Assembly (NCBI GenBank): GCA_014729235.1
Contig: WJKH01000021.1
Span: 1-58,011, forward strand
Origin: Candidatus Dojkabacteria bacterium
GTDB lineage: Bacteria > Patescibacteriota > Dojkabacteria > SC72 > WJKH01
Direction: 5' to 3'
Length of the DNA: 58,011 bases
Part shown: piece after piece, positions 8,568 to 19,222 of the stretch
Layout: every line of letters starts with the position of its first letter
How positions within the stretch are numbered: the stretch's first letter is position 1
Translations under genes and position numbers: made by a program
The notes under the pieces: generated by a model
The model's input: the letters and a program-made list of their open reading frames with translations, nothing else
What the model was told of the DNA's origin: nothing
Database searches by the model: none

Positions 8568-9152
8568 TTATGATTCTTCAGGGCTGTCATCCTTTGATGA
8601 ATCAGATTCCTCAGATTTTTCAGTTTGGTCAGATTCTTGACCTTTGTCGCTTGCACCTTCCGTTGAATCACCAGCTCCGGAGTCTTGATCCTTCTCTGCC
8701 ACAGCATCCTTTTTACCCTCAGCACCAGCCTCTGCAGCTTCATCCTTGTCAGATTCATCTTTGCTAGCCTCTGCCGGAGTCTCTTCTTCATCAGCAAAGT
8801 ACACACTCTGTGCTTTATTTACTTCTAAAGCTCTCTTGCCGATCTTCTTGCGCATATAAAACAGCTTTGATCTCCGCACCTGGCCTCGCTTAACAATTTC
8901 GATCTTTGCCAATGATGGCGAATTTACAGGGATAATCTTCTCAACACCGACTCCGCTGGACATTTTGCGTACAGTTAGCATTCTAGACATGCCTGAGCCT
9001 TTAATTGAGATAACAGTGCCCTCAAATATCTGTTCACGGACATTTCCACGATCCTTAATCAAAAGATGGAGTTTAACAGTATCTCCCGGTTTGACATCAG
9101 GACGCTTCTTTGTCTGCTTTTCCTCGGCCTTTTTAATAACTTGTGTATTCAT
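8568..9152 (-). CDS. rplS: 50S ribosomal protein L19 with about 75-aa acidic C-terminal extension
   Basis: A 194-aa ORF. The first 115-120 aa are L19-like (PGDTVKLHLLIKD...RMLTVRKMSSGVGVEKIIPVNSP...VRRSKLFYMR). The remainder is low-complexity sequence rich in D, E, S and K. Confidence 0.88.
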   Translation of the reverse strand: MNTQVIKKAEEKQTKKRPDVKPGDTVKLHLLIKDRGNVREQIFEGTVISIKGSGMSRMLTVRKMSSGVGVEKIIPVNSPSLAKIEIVKRGQVRRSKLFYMRKKIGKRALEVNKAQSVYFADEEETPAEASKDESDKDEAAEAGAEGKKDAVAEKDQDSGAGDSTEGASDKGQESDQTEKSEESDSSKDDSPEES

Positions 9153-9206
9153 TACGAATCAAATATAACTTAACATCTTCGTAATTATAGAATAAAATGT
9201 TGAAGT

Positions 9207-10745
9207 ATGCAATTTAAACCTACCCGAAAACTGCTTTTAATAATCATGGATGGAATTGGAGTTTCCAGGCATTCACAAGGCAATGCCGTGACAAGCGCTG
9301 CTCCGTCCAATCTCGAAAAGATGTGGAATACTTCACCTCATACATATTTGTTAGCTGCTTCTGAAGCTGTGGGGCTGCCGCCGGCTACAAATGGAAACAG
9401 CGAAGTAGGGCATTTGAATATCGGAGCGGGGCGGGTTATGTATCAGAATTTGCCACGGATTAATAAAAGCATTGCAAATGGGAATTTTTTCAAAAATCAG
9501 ACTCTTGAAGAAGCCTATAGGCATGCCAAGAAAAATAGGAGTAATGTGCATATAATGGGCTGTTTGAGTGATGGTGCAGTGCATTCTGATATCTCGCACT
9601 TTATTGCTACGCTTAAATTCTTTTCGCAGAAAAAACTTAAACATTCACAAGTTTTAATCCACGCTTTTACCGATGGCCGCGATTCTCCTCAGAAATCAGC
9701 AGAAAAGTATTTATCTGAGCTAGAATCAAAGATTAATGAGCTGGGAGTTGGACAGTTAGCAACTGTTTGCGGCCGCTCAATTGCTATGGATAGAAACAAA
9801 ACCTGGGATCGAACTCAAAAAGCCTATGAAATGCTTGTTAATTCAAAAGGAGAGAAATTTAATAATTGGGAAGAAGTGCTTCAAAAATCTTACAGTGAAG
9901 GTAAAACTGATGAATTTATCGAGCCGAGTATCCTTGTTAAGTCGCCAGTTTCTGATAAAGATGTTGTGCTGTATTTGAACTTTCGCTCGGACAGAGCAGT
10001 TCAGCTTACTCAGGCATTTGTTGATGCTGATTTTGACAATTTTACAGTTAAGCAGTTTAAAAATCTTTTCTTTGCGTCAATGGTTGAGTATAAAAAAGAT
10101 TTTCCAGAAAAAGTAATTTTTCCAAAAGAGTATATAAAGTTGCCGCTTGGTAGAGTGATTTCAGAAGAAGGACTAACACAGCTGCGAATAGCTGAATCAG
10201 AAAAATTCCCGCACGTTACATATTTTCTTAATGGCGGAATTTCATTAATTAACCGAGGGGAAAATAGAATTGAAATTCCGTCTGAAAAAGGGATATTGTG
10301 GGACGAGAAACCTGAAATGAATTCATTGACTATCCTGGATGTCCTGAAAGAACGGATTGCTTACGACTACTACAATTTTATCGCTCTGAATCTGGCAAAT
10401 GGAGATATGGTAGGGCACACAGGTAATTTTGAAGCCACTAAACTTGCGATCAATGTGCTGGATTATTGTATTGGCGAACTTGTTAAATACATGGTTGCCC
10501 GAGGTGGAACGGTTGTTATAACCTCAGATCACGGAAATGCTGAAGAAGTCATTAATGCTGAGACAGGCAAAATTGATACTGAACACTCGCAAAATCCTGT
10601 TCCTTTTATCATTATCGGGAATCAACTTAAGAAAATGCAGCTCCCATTTGGATCACTTTCTGATATTGCTCCAACTATACTTAGTTTAATGGGCATTGAT
10701 ATTCCGGGTGAAATGCTTGGAAAGCCTCTCATTCCAAAGATTTAA
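9207..10745 (+). CDS. gpmI: 2,3-bisphosphoglycerate-independent phosphoglycerate mutase
   Basis: A 512-aa ORF with MDGIGVS...GNSEVGHLNIGAGR near the N-terminus and SDHGNAE near the C-terminus, typical of iPGM. Confidence 0.92.
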   Translation: MQFKPTRKLLLIIMDGIGVSRHSQGNAVTSAAPSNLEKMWNTSPHTYLLAASEAVGLPPATNGNSEVGHLNIGAGRVMYQNLPRINKSIANGNFFKNQTLEEAYRHAKKNRSNVHIMGCLSDGAVHSDISHFIATLKFFSQKKLKHSQVLIHAFTDGRDSPQKSAEKYLSELESKINELGVGQLATVCGRSIAMDRNKTWDRTQKAYEMLVNSKGEKFNNWEEVLQKSYSEGKTDEFIEPSILVKSPVSDKDVVLYLNFRSDRAVQLTQAFVDADFDNFTVKQFKNLFFASMVEYKKDFPEKVIFPKEYIKLPLGRVISEEGLTQLRIAESEKFPHVTYFLNGGISLINRGENRIEIPSEKGILWDEKPEMNSLTILDVLKERIAYDYYNFIALNLANGDMVGHTGNFEATKLAINVLDYCIGELVKYMVARGGTVVITSDHGNAEEVINAETGKIDTEHSQNPVPFIIIGNQLKKMQLPFGSLSDIAPTILSLMGIDIPGEMLGKPLIPKI

Positions 10746-10868
10746 ATATGGTCGCAGCTTTTTCGTGAAACCTTTGATATTCTTTGTGAAGCAAAAGCTC
10801 GTATTTATGCCGTCCAAATAGGCAGAACCGAAAAACTTCAATTATCAGATCCCTGCATATTATAGGTT

Positions 10869-11510
10869 TTAGGCTGATTTCTCCTTTTTGGATAGCTGAA
10901 TGAAATCAAAAATCTTTTTGCCGATATAGATTACACCTGCAAGAGCAACAAGGACCATCACAATTTTTTCGTAGCGGCCTACAAAATTTCCTACAGCATC
11001 CCAGTGTTCTCCCAGAAAGTATCCTGCAATTACCAAAATATAGCTCCACATAGTGGAACCGATTAAGGTCAGCACAGTGAAACCTGCAAAGTTCATTTTA
11101 GCCATCCCTGCAGGAAAGGAGATAACGGATCGGACCAGCGGGACGAGTCGTCCGAAAAAGATCAGAAGTTTACCGAATTTATCGAACATTTTGAATGCTG
11201 CATTTACTTCATCTTCACTTATAAACAAGTACTTGCCGTATTTTTTGATAAATTTATCAATTGTCTCACGATTGCCAATAGTGCCAATAAAGTAAAATGG
11301 CAAGGTGCCAAGATAGCTGAAGATTCCGCCTATCAAACCAAGTGCGAGAATATTCATTTTGCCTTCAGATGCAAGAAAACCGGCAAAAGGCAGTATCAAT
11401 TCACTTGGAATCGGCGCAAAAAAACTCTCGATAAACATTGACAGAGCAACTCCCGGGTATCCAATTGTCTCGATCAGGCCTGTCAGCCAGGTAATTAAGT
11501 CGTGTATCAT
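10869..11510 (-). CDS. DedA/SNARE-associated family membrane protein
   Basis: A 213-aa polytopic ORF with FIESFFAPIPSELILPFAGFLA and GRLVPLVRSVISFPAG, both DedA hallmarks. Confidence 0.8.
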   Translation of the reverse strand: MIHDLITWLTGLIETIGYPGVALSMFIESFFAPIPSELILPFAGFLASEGKMNILALGLIGGIFSYLGTLPFYFIGTIGNRETIDKFIKKYGKYLFISEDEVNAAFKMFDKFGKLLIFFGRLVPLVRSVISFPAGMAKMNFAGFTVLTLIGSTMWSYILVIAGYFLGEHWDAVGNFVGRYEKIVMVLVALAGVIYIGKKIFDFIQLSKKEKSA

Positions 11511-11529
11511 AGGTTATTTAAAGATCAAA

Positions 11530-12138
11530 TTAATTTTCAGACGCAGATCTCTGCCATTTTATCAGATTCCCAACTTTTATTGAATTGGATTCAGCAAACC
11601 CTGCATTTACTTCTAAAACATAGCGGTACGGCTGTTTGCTTCCATAAGTTGGACACGGATCTTCATAGCAGGCTTTTGCCGAGTGCACAATATCAACGAT
11701 TTCCCAATTCTTATTTAAAAAAATCATATCCAGATCTACATAGCAATTTTTCATCCAAAATTTATGATTTACATCTTTATCATAAATGAAAACCATTCCT
11801 TCATTTTGAGGCAGAGATTTTCTAAACATTAAGCCGCGGGAAAGAGATTCTCTGCTTTTAGCTATTTTGACGGACAATGGCAGCTCTTCTCCAAATGAAT
11901 TGACTACAACCAGATTTTTCCTATCACCGTCAACAAATATAAAGTCGGGCTGTTCAATGTCTATTTCCGATTGACTCACACCATTTACCTCAGGTTGGCG
12001 ACTATTGACCTCAATTTTATCAAATTCGAATAGATCAAAACGGGATTGAAGATAATAGATAAATCCTGTGATCGCACCTAAAATCAATATCAGCTTGAAT
12101 GGTATGTTTAGTCTGGGCCTTCCTTTACTTTTGCTCAT
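11530..12138 (-). CDS. DUF192 (COG1430) domain protein with N-terminal TM anchor
   Basis: A 202-aa ORF with RGLMFRKSLPQNEGMVFIY...FWMKNCYVDLDMIF...YVLEVNAGF, matching the DUF192 pattern. Confidence 0.7.
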   Translation of the reverse strand: MSKSKGRPRLNIPFKLILILGAITGFIYYLQSRFDLFEFDKIEVNSRQPEVNGVSQSEIDIEQPDFIFVDGDRKNLVVVNSFGEELPLSVKIAKSRESLSRGLMFRKSLPQNEGMVFIYDKDVNHKFWMKNCYVDLDMIFLNKNWEIVDIVHSAKACYEDPCPTYGSKQPYRYVLEVNAGFAESNSIKVGNLIKWQRSASEN

Positions 12139-12162
12139 GAAGTCTATGATATAATTTATGAA

Positions 12163-13254
12163 ATGAAAAAGAAAGTTTTAATCGGGATCTCCGGCGGCGT
12201 TGACAGTGCTGTTTCAGCATTTCTTCTCAAAGAAGCAGGATTTGAAGTTCATGGAATTTACTTGAAGCTATTTGACCAGGTCAATTCAAATCGTTCGCGT
12301 AAATCTTCTCAAGCGGTTGCGGATTTCCTGGATATTGAATGGACAGAGCTTGATTTTCGAAAAAAGTTCAGTACAAAGATCATTGATCATTTTACCCAAG
12401 CCTATTTAAACGGCCTTACTCCCAATCCCTGCGTCAGGTGCAATAAATTTATAAAGTCGGCCTTATTCTGGGATTTCGCAAAAAAATTAGGATCAGACTT
12501 TATTGCTACAGGGCATTACGCAAAAACCAATAATGGCAAACTTTTCCGAGGCATAGATAGAAAAAAAGACCAGAGCTATTTTCTTTACCGTCTCACATCG
12601 CACCAATTACAGCATACAATGTTTCCTATAGGGGATATGACGAAAAAATCAGTACGGAAATTCGCCCATGAGCATGATATCCCTATTTTAAACATAAAAG
12701 AAAGCAATGAGGTGTGCTTTATGCAGGAAGTGAGCATGAGAAATTATCTCGAAGATCGGCTTGGAACAAGAACAGGAGAGATAATTGACATTAACACTGA
12801 AGAAAAAGTGGGCAAACATGACGGTATCTGGTTTTTTACTATTGGGCAGCGCAGAGGAATCGGAATAGGCGGTGCATCAAAACCCTATTACGTCATAAAA
12901 AAAGACTCGGCACAAAACATTCTGTATGTTACCAGCGACAAATCAGATTTAGGAACAAAAACTGTAAAAATTGCGGATCTGAGATTTAATGCCGAACCCG
13001 CATCTGAAGCCAGCCTGAATTCTTTAGAACTGTCCGGCGCTATAAGATACGGCATGAAACCTGTGCCCATAACTCAAATTAAGATTGACAAACAAGGAAA
13101 TTCTGCTACAATTAGCTTTGAGTCAGAAGTCCTGGCTCCAGCAGCCGGACAAAGTTTAGTGATTTATTCAGACGAGCAATGTCTTGGCGGCGGAATAATT
13201 TATCAAAACGCCGATTATGCCCAACAAAACGGCGGGGCTAAAACAAAATCTTAA
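12163..13254 (+). CDS. mnmA: tRNA 2-thiouridine(34) synthase
   Basis: A 363-aa ORF with the PP-loop GISGGVDSAV, then PNPCVRCN and ATGHYA, all MnmA motifs. Confidence 0.92.
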   Translation: MKKKVLIGISGGVDSAVSAFLLKEAGFEVHGIYLKLFDQVNSNRSRKSSQAVADFLDIEWTELDFRKKFSTKIIDHFTQAYLNGLTPNPCVRCNKFIKSALFWDFAKKLGSDFIATGHYAKTNNGKLFRGIDRKKDQSYFLYRLTSHQLQHTMFPIGDMTKKSVRKFAHEHDIPILNIKESNEVCFMQEVSMRNYLEDRLGTRTGEIIDINTEEKVGKHDGIWFFTIGQRRGIGIGGASKPYYVIKKDSAQNILYVTSDKSDLGTKTVKIADLRFNAEPASEASLNSLELSGAIRYGMKPVPITQIKIDKQGNSATISFESEVLAPAAGQSLVIYSDEQCLGGGIIYQNADYAQQNGGAKTKS

Positions 13255-15514
13255 TCCAATTTATCAAAAATTGGACAAAATCTCAGACTTTAGTGACATT
13301 GTAAAACACGAACTTTCTGAGCTTGAGAAGATTGAATACCCCCATTTAGAACAAACTCTGTCAATTATCATCGAACAAGCGAGTGGCAAAATTGCCAGAC
13401 TTGAATCTCTTGAAAAGGAGATGAAAGACACAATGTATATGATCGAGAATTCCACCGGCGACGACAAATCTGAAGCAATTAGCGATTACAAAAGCCAGCT
13501 CGCCAAGGCACGAATTTATATAGCTTCTATTAACCGTCTCCTAAGTCAAGTTAATTCGCCATATTTCGGCAAGATAAATTTTAAGCGGCAAGCAGAAAAC
13601 GGCTATGCAGAAAGAGATATCAAGGCATACATCGGGAAGCTGGCTTGCTTTGATCCTGACACCAGAACACCGCTTGTAACGGACTGGAGAGCTCCAATTG
13701 CAAATATTTACTATAGAAATTCCGGCCCAGCAAAAGATGTGTCATTTGTTGCCCCAAGAGGCAAACAAATAGGGGATTTGGCGCAAAAGCTGCAATTTGA
13801 TATCGGCGGTGGACGATTTCAGGAAATTTACGATGTGAAGACAGGAAATACAAGTGCTGACGCTTTCTTGCTTAATCAACTAAAGCAGCGAGTCGGAAAA
13901 AAGCTTCAGGACATTGTTGCTACAATTCAGCAGGAGCAGAATTCAATTATACGCGAAGAAACTGGACATCCTGTGATAATTCAAGGAGTGGCTGGTTCAG
14001 GCAAGACGACAATCATCTTACACAGAATCGCTTACCTGAGCTATTCCCAGGAAGACGAAATAGATCCCCAGAAAACACTGATACTTGCTCCAAATAAGAT
14101 GTTTTTAGACTATATTTCAGATGTATTGCCTTCGCTTGGAGTTGAGGGTATTTCCAAAAACACATATGAAACATGGGCTAAAACGATACTGGACTGGGAT
14201 AAAAAATATGTATTGTCAAACGAGGAGGATAATTTGAAAGTTAAAAGCTTTAAGGGTTCTCATCAATTTATTAAAATTTTTGAAAGGTTTATTGAAGAGT
14301 TCGAGCAGGATGTATTTGACAAAATGCCGGATGATCCCCATAAAATGACAATTGAAATTCGTTACTTTGAGCTGAAAGAGGAGTTTCCGGATATTGATAT
14401 GGCAGAGAGGCTGGATTTGGCTATTGGCTATGGTTTTGCACAAGATCAGTTTCATCACAAGACTACTGGTGATTTTATGGGAAAGCTTGCTCTGAACAAA
14501 CGACGAATGAAGAAAATTACGGATTATGTAAGAAAACGGCTAAATGTTGAAAAGCTCTACAAATCATTTTTCAAACTTGATCATTTATTTAAGGATGCCG
14601 ATGTTGATAATAAATTTGCAAAGCTCGTAAAAAATCACACTCTGAAGACCTTTAAGTCAAGCGGCAAGTTCAGATATTTTAAAGATGAGGATCTTGCCCC
14701 TCTTGTGTGGCTCAAGACCAAACTTTACGGGAATAAAGAGTATCAAAATGATTACATCATTATCGATGAAGCCCAGGATTGCAGCTTATTTCAGCTTTTA
14801 ACGCTATTTAAATGCGCCAAAAACAATAATATTACTTTTGCAGGTGATGTTGCTCAGTCAATAATTCCGCCTTTTTATATCGATGACTGGGATCAGCTCA
14901 TTAAATTACTGGATAATTACACCAATTCCGATGATATTTCTTATCATCAGCTTGAAAAATGTTATCGAACTACAGCTGAAATTATCGATTTTGCCAACAA
15001 AATCTTTAAAAAGAAGTTTCCTGAAGGCTACAAGCTTCCAAAATCCGTGTTAAGACATGGCGATGATGTCAAAATTCATATGACTTCAACTGAAATCGCT
15101 AAATTGGGAAAAAAGAATACACAAAATGAACTAGACAGCCTGATCGAAACTATAAATTCAGACATCGAGAAAGGCTCTGCCTCAATCGGTATTTTATGCC
15201 GTGATCATAAGCACGCAAGCGAAACATTTAAATTAATAAAATCCCAAGCAGATCAAATTACTAGAAATGTAGTGAGTTATACATCAAATGATTTTCAGGA
15301 CGGCGTCCTCGTTTTACCCATTGACAGGGCCAAGGGGCTGGAGTTTGATGCCGTCATAATAGCCGATGTCAGTGCTGAAAATTATTCCGACAGTTACCTT
15401 GACGCTAAGCTTTTATACGTTGCCATAACCAGAGCACTCCACAGGCTTCATCTGACAGTGCCAGAAAACTCAGAAATCTCTCCGCTTATTGAATCAGTTG
15501 TAAAAAATACGTAA
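13217..15514 (+). CDS. helD: UvrD/Rep superfamily-1 helicase, HelD (helicase IV)-like
   Basis: A 765-aa ORF. It has the N-terminal HelD-like segment YFGKINF...DWRAPIANIYY, Walker A GVAGSGKTT, DEAQD, and a C-terminal KGLEFD...LLYVAITRA. The ORF overlaps the mnmA 3' end by 38 nt, so a slightly later start is possible. Confidence 0.75.
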   Translation: MPNKTAGLKQNLNPIYQKLDKISDFSDIVKHELSELEKIEYPHLEQTLSIIIEQASGKIARLESLEKEMKDTMYMIENSTGDDKSEAISDYKSQLAKARIYIASINRLLSQVNSPYFGKINFKRQAENGYAERDIKAYIGKLACFDPDTRTPLVTDWRAPIANIYYRNSGPAKDVSFVAPRGKQIGDLAQKLQFDIGGGRFQEIYDVKTGNTSADAFLLNQLKQRVGKKLQDIVATIQQEQNSIIREETGHPVIIQGVAGSGKTTIILHRIAYLSYSQEDEIDPQKTLILAPNKMFLDYISDVLPSLGVEGISKNTYETWAKTILDWDKKYVLSNEEDNLKVKSFKGSHQFIKIFERFIEEFEQDVFDKMPDDPHKMTIEIRYFELKEEFPDIDMAERLDLAIGYGFAQDQFHHKTTGDFMGKLALNKRRMKKITDYVRKRLNVEKLYKSFFKLDHLFKDADVDNKFAKLVKNHTLKTFKSSGKFRYFKDEDLAPLVWLKTKLYGNKEYQNDYIIIDEAQDCSLFQLLTLFKCAKNNNITFAGDVAQSIIPPFYIDDWDQLIKLLDNYTNSDDISYHQLEKCYRTTAEIIDFANKIFKKKFPEGYKLPKSVLRHGDDVKIHMTSTEIAKLGKKNTQNELDSLIETINSDIEKGSASIGILCRDHKHASETFKLIKSQADQITRNVVSYTSNDFQDGVLVLPIDRAKGLEFDAVIIADVSAENYSDSYLDAKLLYVAITRALHRLHLTVPENSEISPLIESVVKNT

Positions 15515-16260
15515 TGATAGAGTTGTTTGGACTAAATCTTTCTCTATACGGAGCTATCGTTGGGATTTGTGTAGCTTTCATTATTAACCGTTTCCTTGAT
15601 GAATTTGAAAACAAAATCAAGCTGATTGACTATATTTTCGTGCTGATTTCGTGTCTTTTGCTGGGAAGACTGTTTTATGCAATAAGAAATCCGGAAATAT
15701 TTTCGAAATTTCTAGCTATTCACACCGGAGGCACTAGAATTTACGGCGTCTTGGCAGGACTCTTTTTATCCTCTGCGATAGTTGCACGCTATCGCAATCT
15801 GAAATTCCTTAGAGTTGCAGATAACCTGGCATTAACGCTGCCTCTGGCTCAAGGGGTAGGCCGATTTGCGAATTTCATCAATCAAGAACTATACGGCTTT
15901 CCTTCAGAGCTTCCCTGGGCGGTGCATATTCGCCCCGAAAATCGAATAAGAGGCTATGAGACATTTTCACATTTTCATCCGGTATTTTTTTACGAGGCAG
16001 CCCTGAACTTTGTCCTTTGGATCATAATTTCACGCCTAAAATCAGCTAGACCGGGGATAAGATTCGCTTTTTATCTAATTGGTTACGGAGTTATTCGCAT
16101 CATTACCAATCGCTTCAGACTAGACTTATTGCCAAATATGATACTGGATCCTTCAGATTTGATCTCGGCAATTTTCATTTTAATCGGGATTGTTCTGCTC
16201 AAACGATTGACGGCATCCAATGAGTCAGTTAATAAAAAAGCTAGTTATAAAAATGCTTGA
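15514..16260 (+). CDS. lgt: prolipoprotein diacylglyceryl transferase
   Basis: A 248-aa polytopic ORF with GRFANFINQELYGFPSELPWAV. It overlaps the helD stop in a TAATG arrangement. Confidence 0.85.
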   Translation: MIELFGLNLSLYGAIVGICVAFIINRFLDEFENKIKLIDYIFVLISCLLLGRLFYAIRNPEIFSKFLAIHTGGTRIYGVLAGLFLSSAIVARYRNLKFLRVADNLALTLPLAQGVGRFANFINQELYGFPSELPWAVHIRPENRIRGYETFSHFHPVFFYEAALNFVLWIIISRLKSARPGIRFAFYLIGYGVIRIITNRFRLDLLPNMILDPSDLISAIFILIGIVLLKRLTASNESVNKKASYKNA

Positions 16261-16291
16261 AATTTAAGACTAAATCAAATATTATATTCCC

Positions 16292-17734
16292 ATGAAATTA
16301 GAAAATCTGACAATCAAGCAACTCCTTGAGGCTTACGAAAACGGCGATACTACACCTAAAGAAGCTATTGAATACTATTTTGGAAGAATTGAAGCCCACG
16401 ACTCTGATCTAAATTCATATATTACAGTTAATTCCAAGATTCTTGACCAACTAGATTCAAGCTCTAGCGCCGATAAAAAAGGTAAACTTGCAGGAATCCC
16501 AATTGCAGTCAAAGATGTGGTTTCAACACAGGATCTCCTGACAACTTGCGCTTCCCACATTCTTGATGGCTATAAACCAACATTTGAGTCTACAATAACA
16601 CAGCGAATACTGGATGAGGGCGCTCTAATACTGGGAAAAACAAATCTTGATGAATTTTGCCATGGTTCGTCGACTGAAACATCGTACTATGGTCCTTCAA
16701 GAAATCCCTGGGATACTGAGAAATTGCCGGGAGGCTCCAGCGGAGGCTCTGCAGCAGCTACAGTAGCTGATTTGTGTCCTGCTTCACTTGGGACTGAAAC
16801 AGCCGGATCATTGAGACAACCGGCTTCCTGGTGCGGCTGCGTAGGCTTCAAGCCTACTTATGGCAGAGTTTCACGCTATGGAATTATTGCCATGGGGTCA
16901 TCACTTGATTCTCCGGGCCCGCTGACAAAAAACGTCGAAGATGCAGCAATAATCCTCGGAGTAATAGCAGGAAAAGATAAAAATGATTTCACAACTTCAG
17001 ATAAGGAGGTTCCGGATTATGCCGGCGCACTAAGCAAAGATGCAGCGCAGCATATGAAATTCGGAATTCCAAAATCATGGATGGAGTTGGAAATTGAAGA
17101 AGGTATCCGTAAATCGTTCTATAGTGCTGTTGAAATTCTCAAAAGCGCAGGTGCAGAAGTAGTAGAAGTTGATATGATTGATGCAAAATATGCTATTGCA
17201 GTTTACACTCTGATTTGCAGAAGCGAAGTATCATCAAATCTAAGCCGTTTTGACGGAACCAGATACGGTCTGTCACTTGATGAGCAGAAACTGGTTTTTG
17301 ACTATTATGAAAAGGTGCGTGGGGAAGGATTTGGGGAAGAAGCTAAAAGACGGGTAATGACAGGCACTTTTTCACTTTCAGCAGGTTACGCGGATGAATA
17401 CTTTAAAATCGCCGAAAAATGCCGCCGAGCACTTAAGGCTGACGTTCTCAACATTCTTCAAAATGTTGATGCTATTATAGCTCCTACAACTCCTGTTACA
17501 GCAATGAAAGTAGGGGAAGCTTCAAAAAATCCTCTATTCGGAGAAATGATGGATGTCTTTGCCGAAACAAGTTCGTTAAGCGGTTTACCCGGCATTTCAA
17601 TACCGTGCGGTTTTTCTGACTCTATGCCAGTGGGCTTTCAGTTTTTTTCTCGCCATTTCGAAGAACAACTTCTACTAGATGCAGCTTATTTTCTCGAAAG
17701 TGAGCTTAATCTTCCGATTAAATCCCCTATATAA
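16292..17734 (+). CDS. gatA: Glu/Asp-tRNA amidotransferase subunit A
   Basis: A 480-aa ORF with the amidase signature GGSSGGSAAA and KD...S catalytic context, of GatA length. Confidence 0.92.
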   Translation: MKLENLTIKQLLEAYENGDTTPKEAIEYYFGRIEAHDSDLNSYITVNSKILDQLDSSSSADKKGKLAGIPIAVKDVVSTQDLLTTCASHILDGYKPTFESTITQRILDEGALILGKTNLDEFCHGSSTETSYYGPSRNPWDTEKLPGGSSGGSAAATVADLCPASLGTETAGSLRQPASWCGCVGFKPTYGRVSRYGIIAMGSSLDSPGPLTKNVEDAAIILGVIAGKDKNDFTTSDKEVPDYAGALSKDAAQHMKFGIPKSWMELEIEEGIRKSFYSAVEILKSAGAEVVEVDMIDAKYAIAVYTLICRSEVSSNLSRFDGTRYGLSLDEQKLVFDYYEKVRGEGFGEEAKRRVMTGTFSLSAGYADEYFKIAEKCRRALKADVLNILQNVDAIIAPTTPVTAMKVGEASKNPLFGEMMDVFAETSSLSGLPGISIPCGFSDSMPVGFQFFSRHFEEQLLLDAAYFLESELNLPIKSPI

Positions 17735-17995
17735 AACCGTTCACTTTGTTACAGTATCACAACATTTGTAGCAATCAAATAACCATATAAATCGGTTATT
17801 GTGCAAAGTTTCCAAGTAATGCTATAATTACTGGTAATAACAATCTGAACTGTATGTTAACGTTGTTTTACACTTAAGAAATTATAAGGAAGACTGGAGA
17901 ATCCTTTTTTATAAGCGACAATTTAAAGAAATATACAAGAAACCTTTGATGGGGGAGCAAGGTAAATCTTGAGAATTACTTTTAAAAAATTGTAA

Positions 17996-18637
17996 GTGCA
18001 ATATAATTCAGGAAGCAATAGAGTTATACGCAGAGCTTCTAATGATCTTCGCGATCACCCACCCAGTCGGACAAATCAAAATCGCCCACCTAACAATATT
18101 ACCAGATCATTGACCTCAAACCCGCATATTATCAATCATGCAAACGGAGCAGAGTCAAAAGTTATAATCCGGCATAGCGATATCTACTTTGGCTTTAATA
18201 TTGTCTTTTTTGAACTGGCTGTTTTGATGATTTTGATTTCTCTCCATTTTTCCCTGGCACTTTTTCTCGAAAATCAAGCTCTTGATTCTTCTCTACTTGC
18301 ATTGCTGCTTTTCATCACATTCATTCTGCTGAATATTATTGTATTGCCAATTATGCGATTTAATTGGCGACACCACTATTATGAAGTCACTCCCGGTAGA
18401 ATCTATTACTGGCGACGCGAAGTGTTTTCAAACAATTACGTAACTTATAGGACAGATAGTGCCGGGAGTGCCAAACTTGTTCAAGATATCATCGGGAAGA
18501 TTCTGAATTGCGGAACAATCGTAGTACAGGGGCCACTCCTGAAAGATGAGATTTTTATACGCAATATTCCCAATCCATCATATTACAAAGAAGTAATTGA
18601 GGAGATAGCGTTTAAAAAAGACCCCGCTAACTTATAG
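17996..18637 (+). CDS. membrane protein with bacterial PH (bPH_2/YdbS-like) domain
   Basis: A 213-aa ORF with a GTG start in the ORF track. Two TM helices are followed by YYEVTPGRIYYWRREVFSNN...IVVQG. The start is uncertain because there is no ATG before the TM helices. Confidence 0.55.
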   Translation: MQYNSGSNRVIRRASNDLRDHPPSRTNQNRPPNNITRSLTSNPHIINHANGAESKVIIRHSDIYFGFNIVFFELAVLMILISLHFSLALFLENQALDSSLLALLLFITFILLNIIVLPIMRFNWRHHYYEVTPGRIYYWRREVFSNNYVTYRTDSAGSAKLVQDIIGKILNCGTIVVQGPLLKDEIFIRNIPNPSYYKEVIEEIAFKKDPANL

Positions 18638-18676
18638 TATTCCAAATTAATGGGTTATAGGTTAGCGGGATGAGAG

Positions 18677-18931
18677 TTATTCTTCTCTAGGTCGAGCTTC
18701 TGCGACGTTTATCTCACGTCCATCAAGCTCTTTTCCATTCAACTGCTCAATAGCAGCCTTAGCTTCTTCTTCACTTGACATTGTGACGAAACCAAATCCT
18801 TTGGATCGGTTCTTCATTCTGTCGATGATTACTTTTGCTTCCACAACAGTACCAACTTGTGAGAAAAATTCGGCAAGACTCTCGTCTGTTACATCCCAGC
18901 TCAAGTTGCCTACAAAAAGTTTGTTTGACAT
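18677..18931 (-). CDS. single-RRM RNA-binding protein
   Basis: An 84-aa ORF with RNP2 LFVGNL and RNP1 KGFGFVTM. Confidence 0.92.
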   Translation of the reverse strand: MSNKLFVGNLSWDVTDESLAEFFSQVGTVVEAKVIIDRMKNRSKGFGFVTMSSEEEAKAAIEQLNGKELDGREINVAEARPREE

Positions 18932-19222
18932 TTTGTATAAATTATAAATAAGATAACGCGGATCATAACAGTCTTTTGCAGAGGCTTTAATCTAGCAATT
19001 AACGGGTATAAAACCCATACATTGCTCGTAACGTTCGGAAGCAAATCTGAAAGATCTATTTCGCTCGCTACCCTCAGCAAAGGAACGGTTCTTGACCGCT
19101 CACTACGTTGAAATACCATTGGATTTCTAAAAGTCTTGTTAAAGGAACTTTTCCGTAGCCAAGAGCAATTATAGCAAATAATTGCTTTAATAACAAACAC
19201 CATATGCTATAATTTTAATAGT

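Noticed and set aside
18910-19203. 97-aa minus-strand ORF upstream of the RRM gene
   Set aside because: It overlaps the RRM gene's start and promoter and has no recognisable features. It fills a divergent intergenic region.
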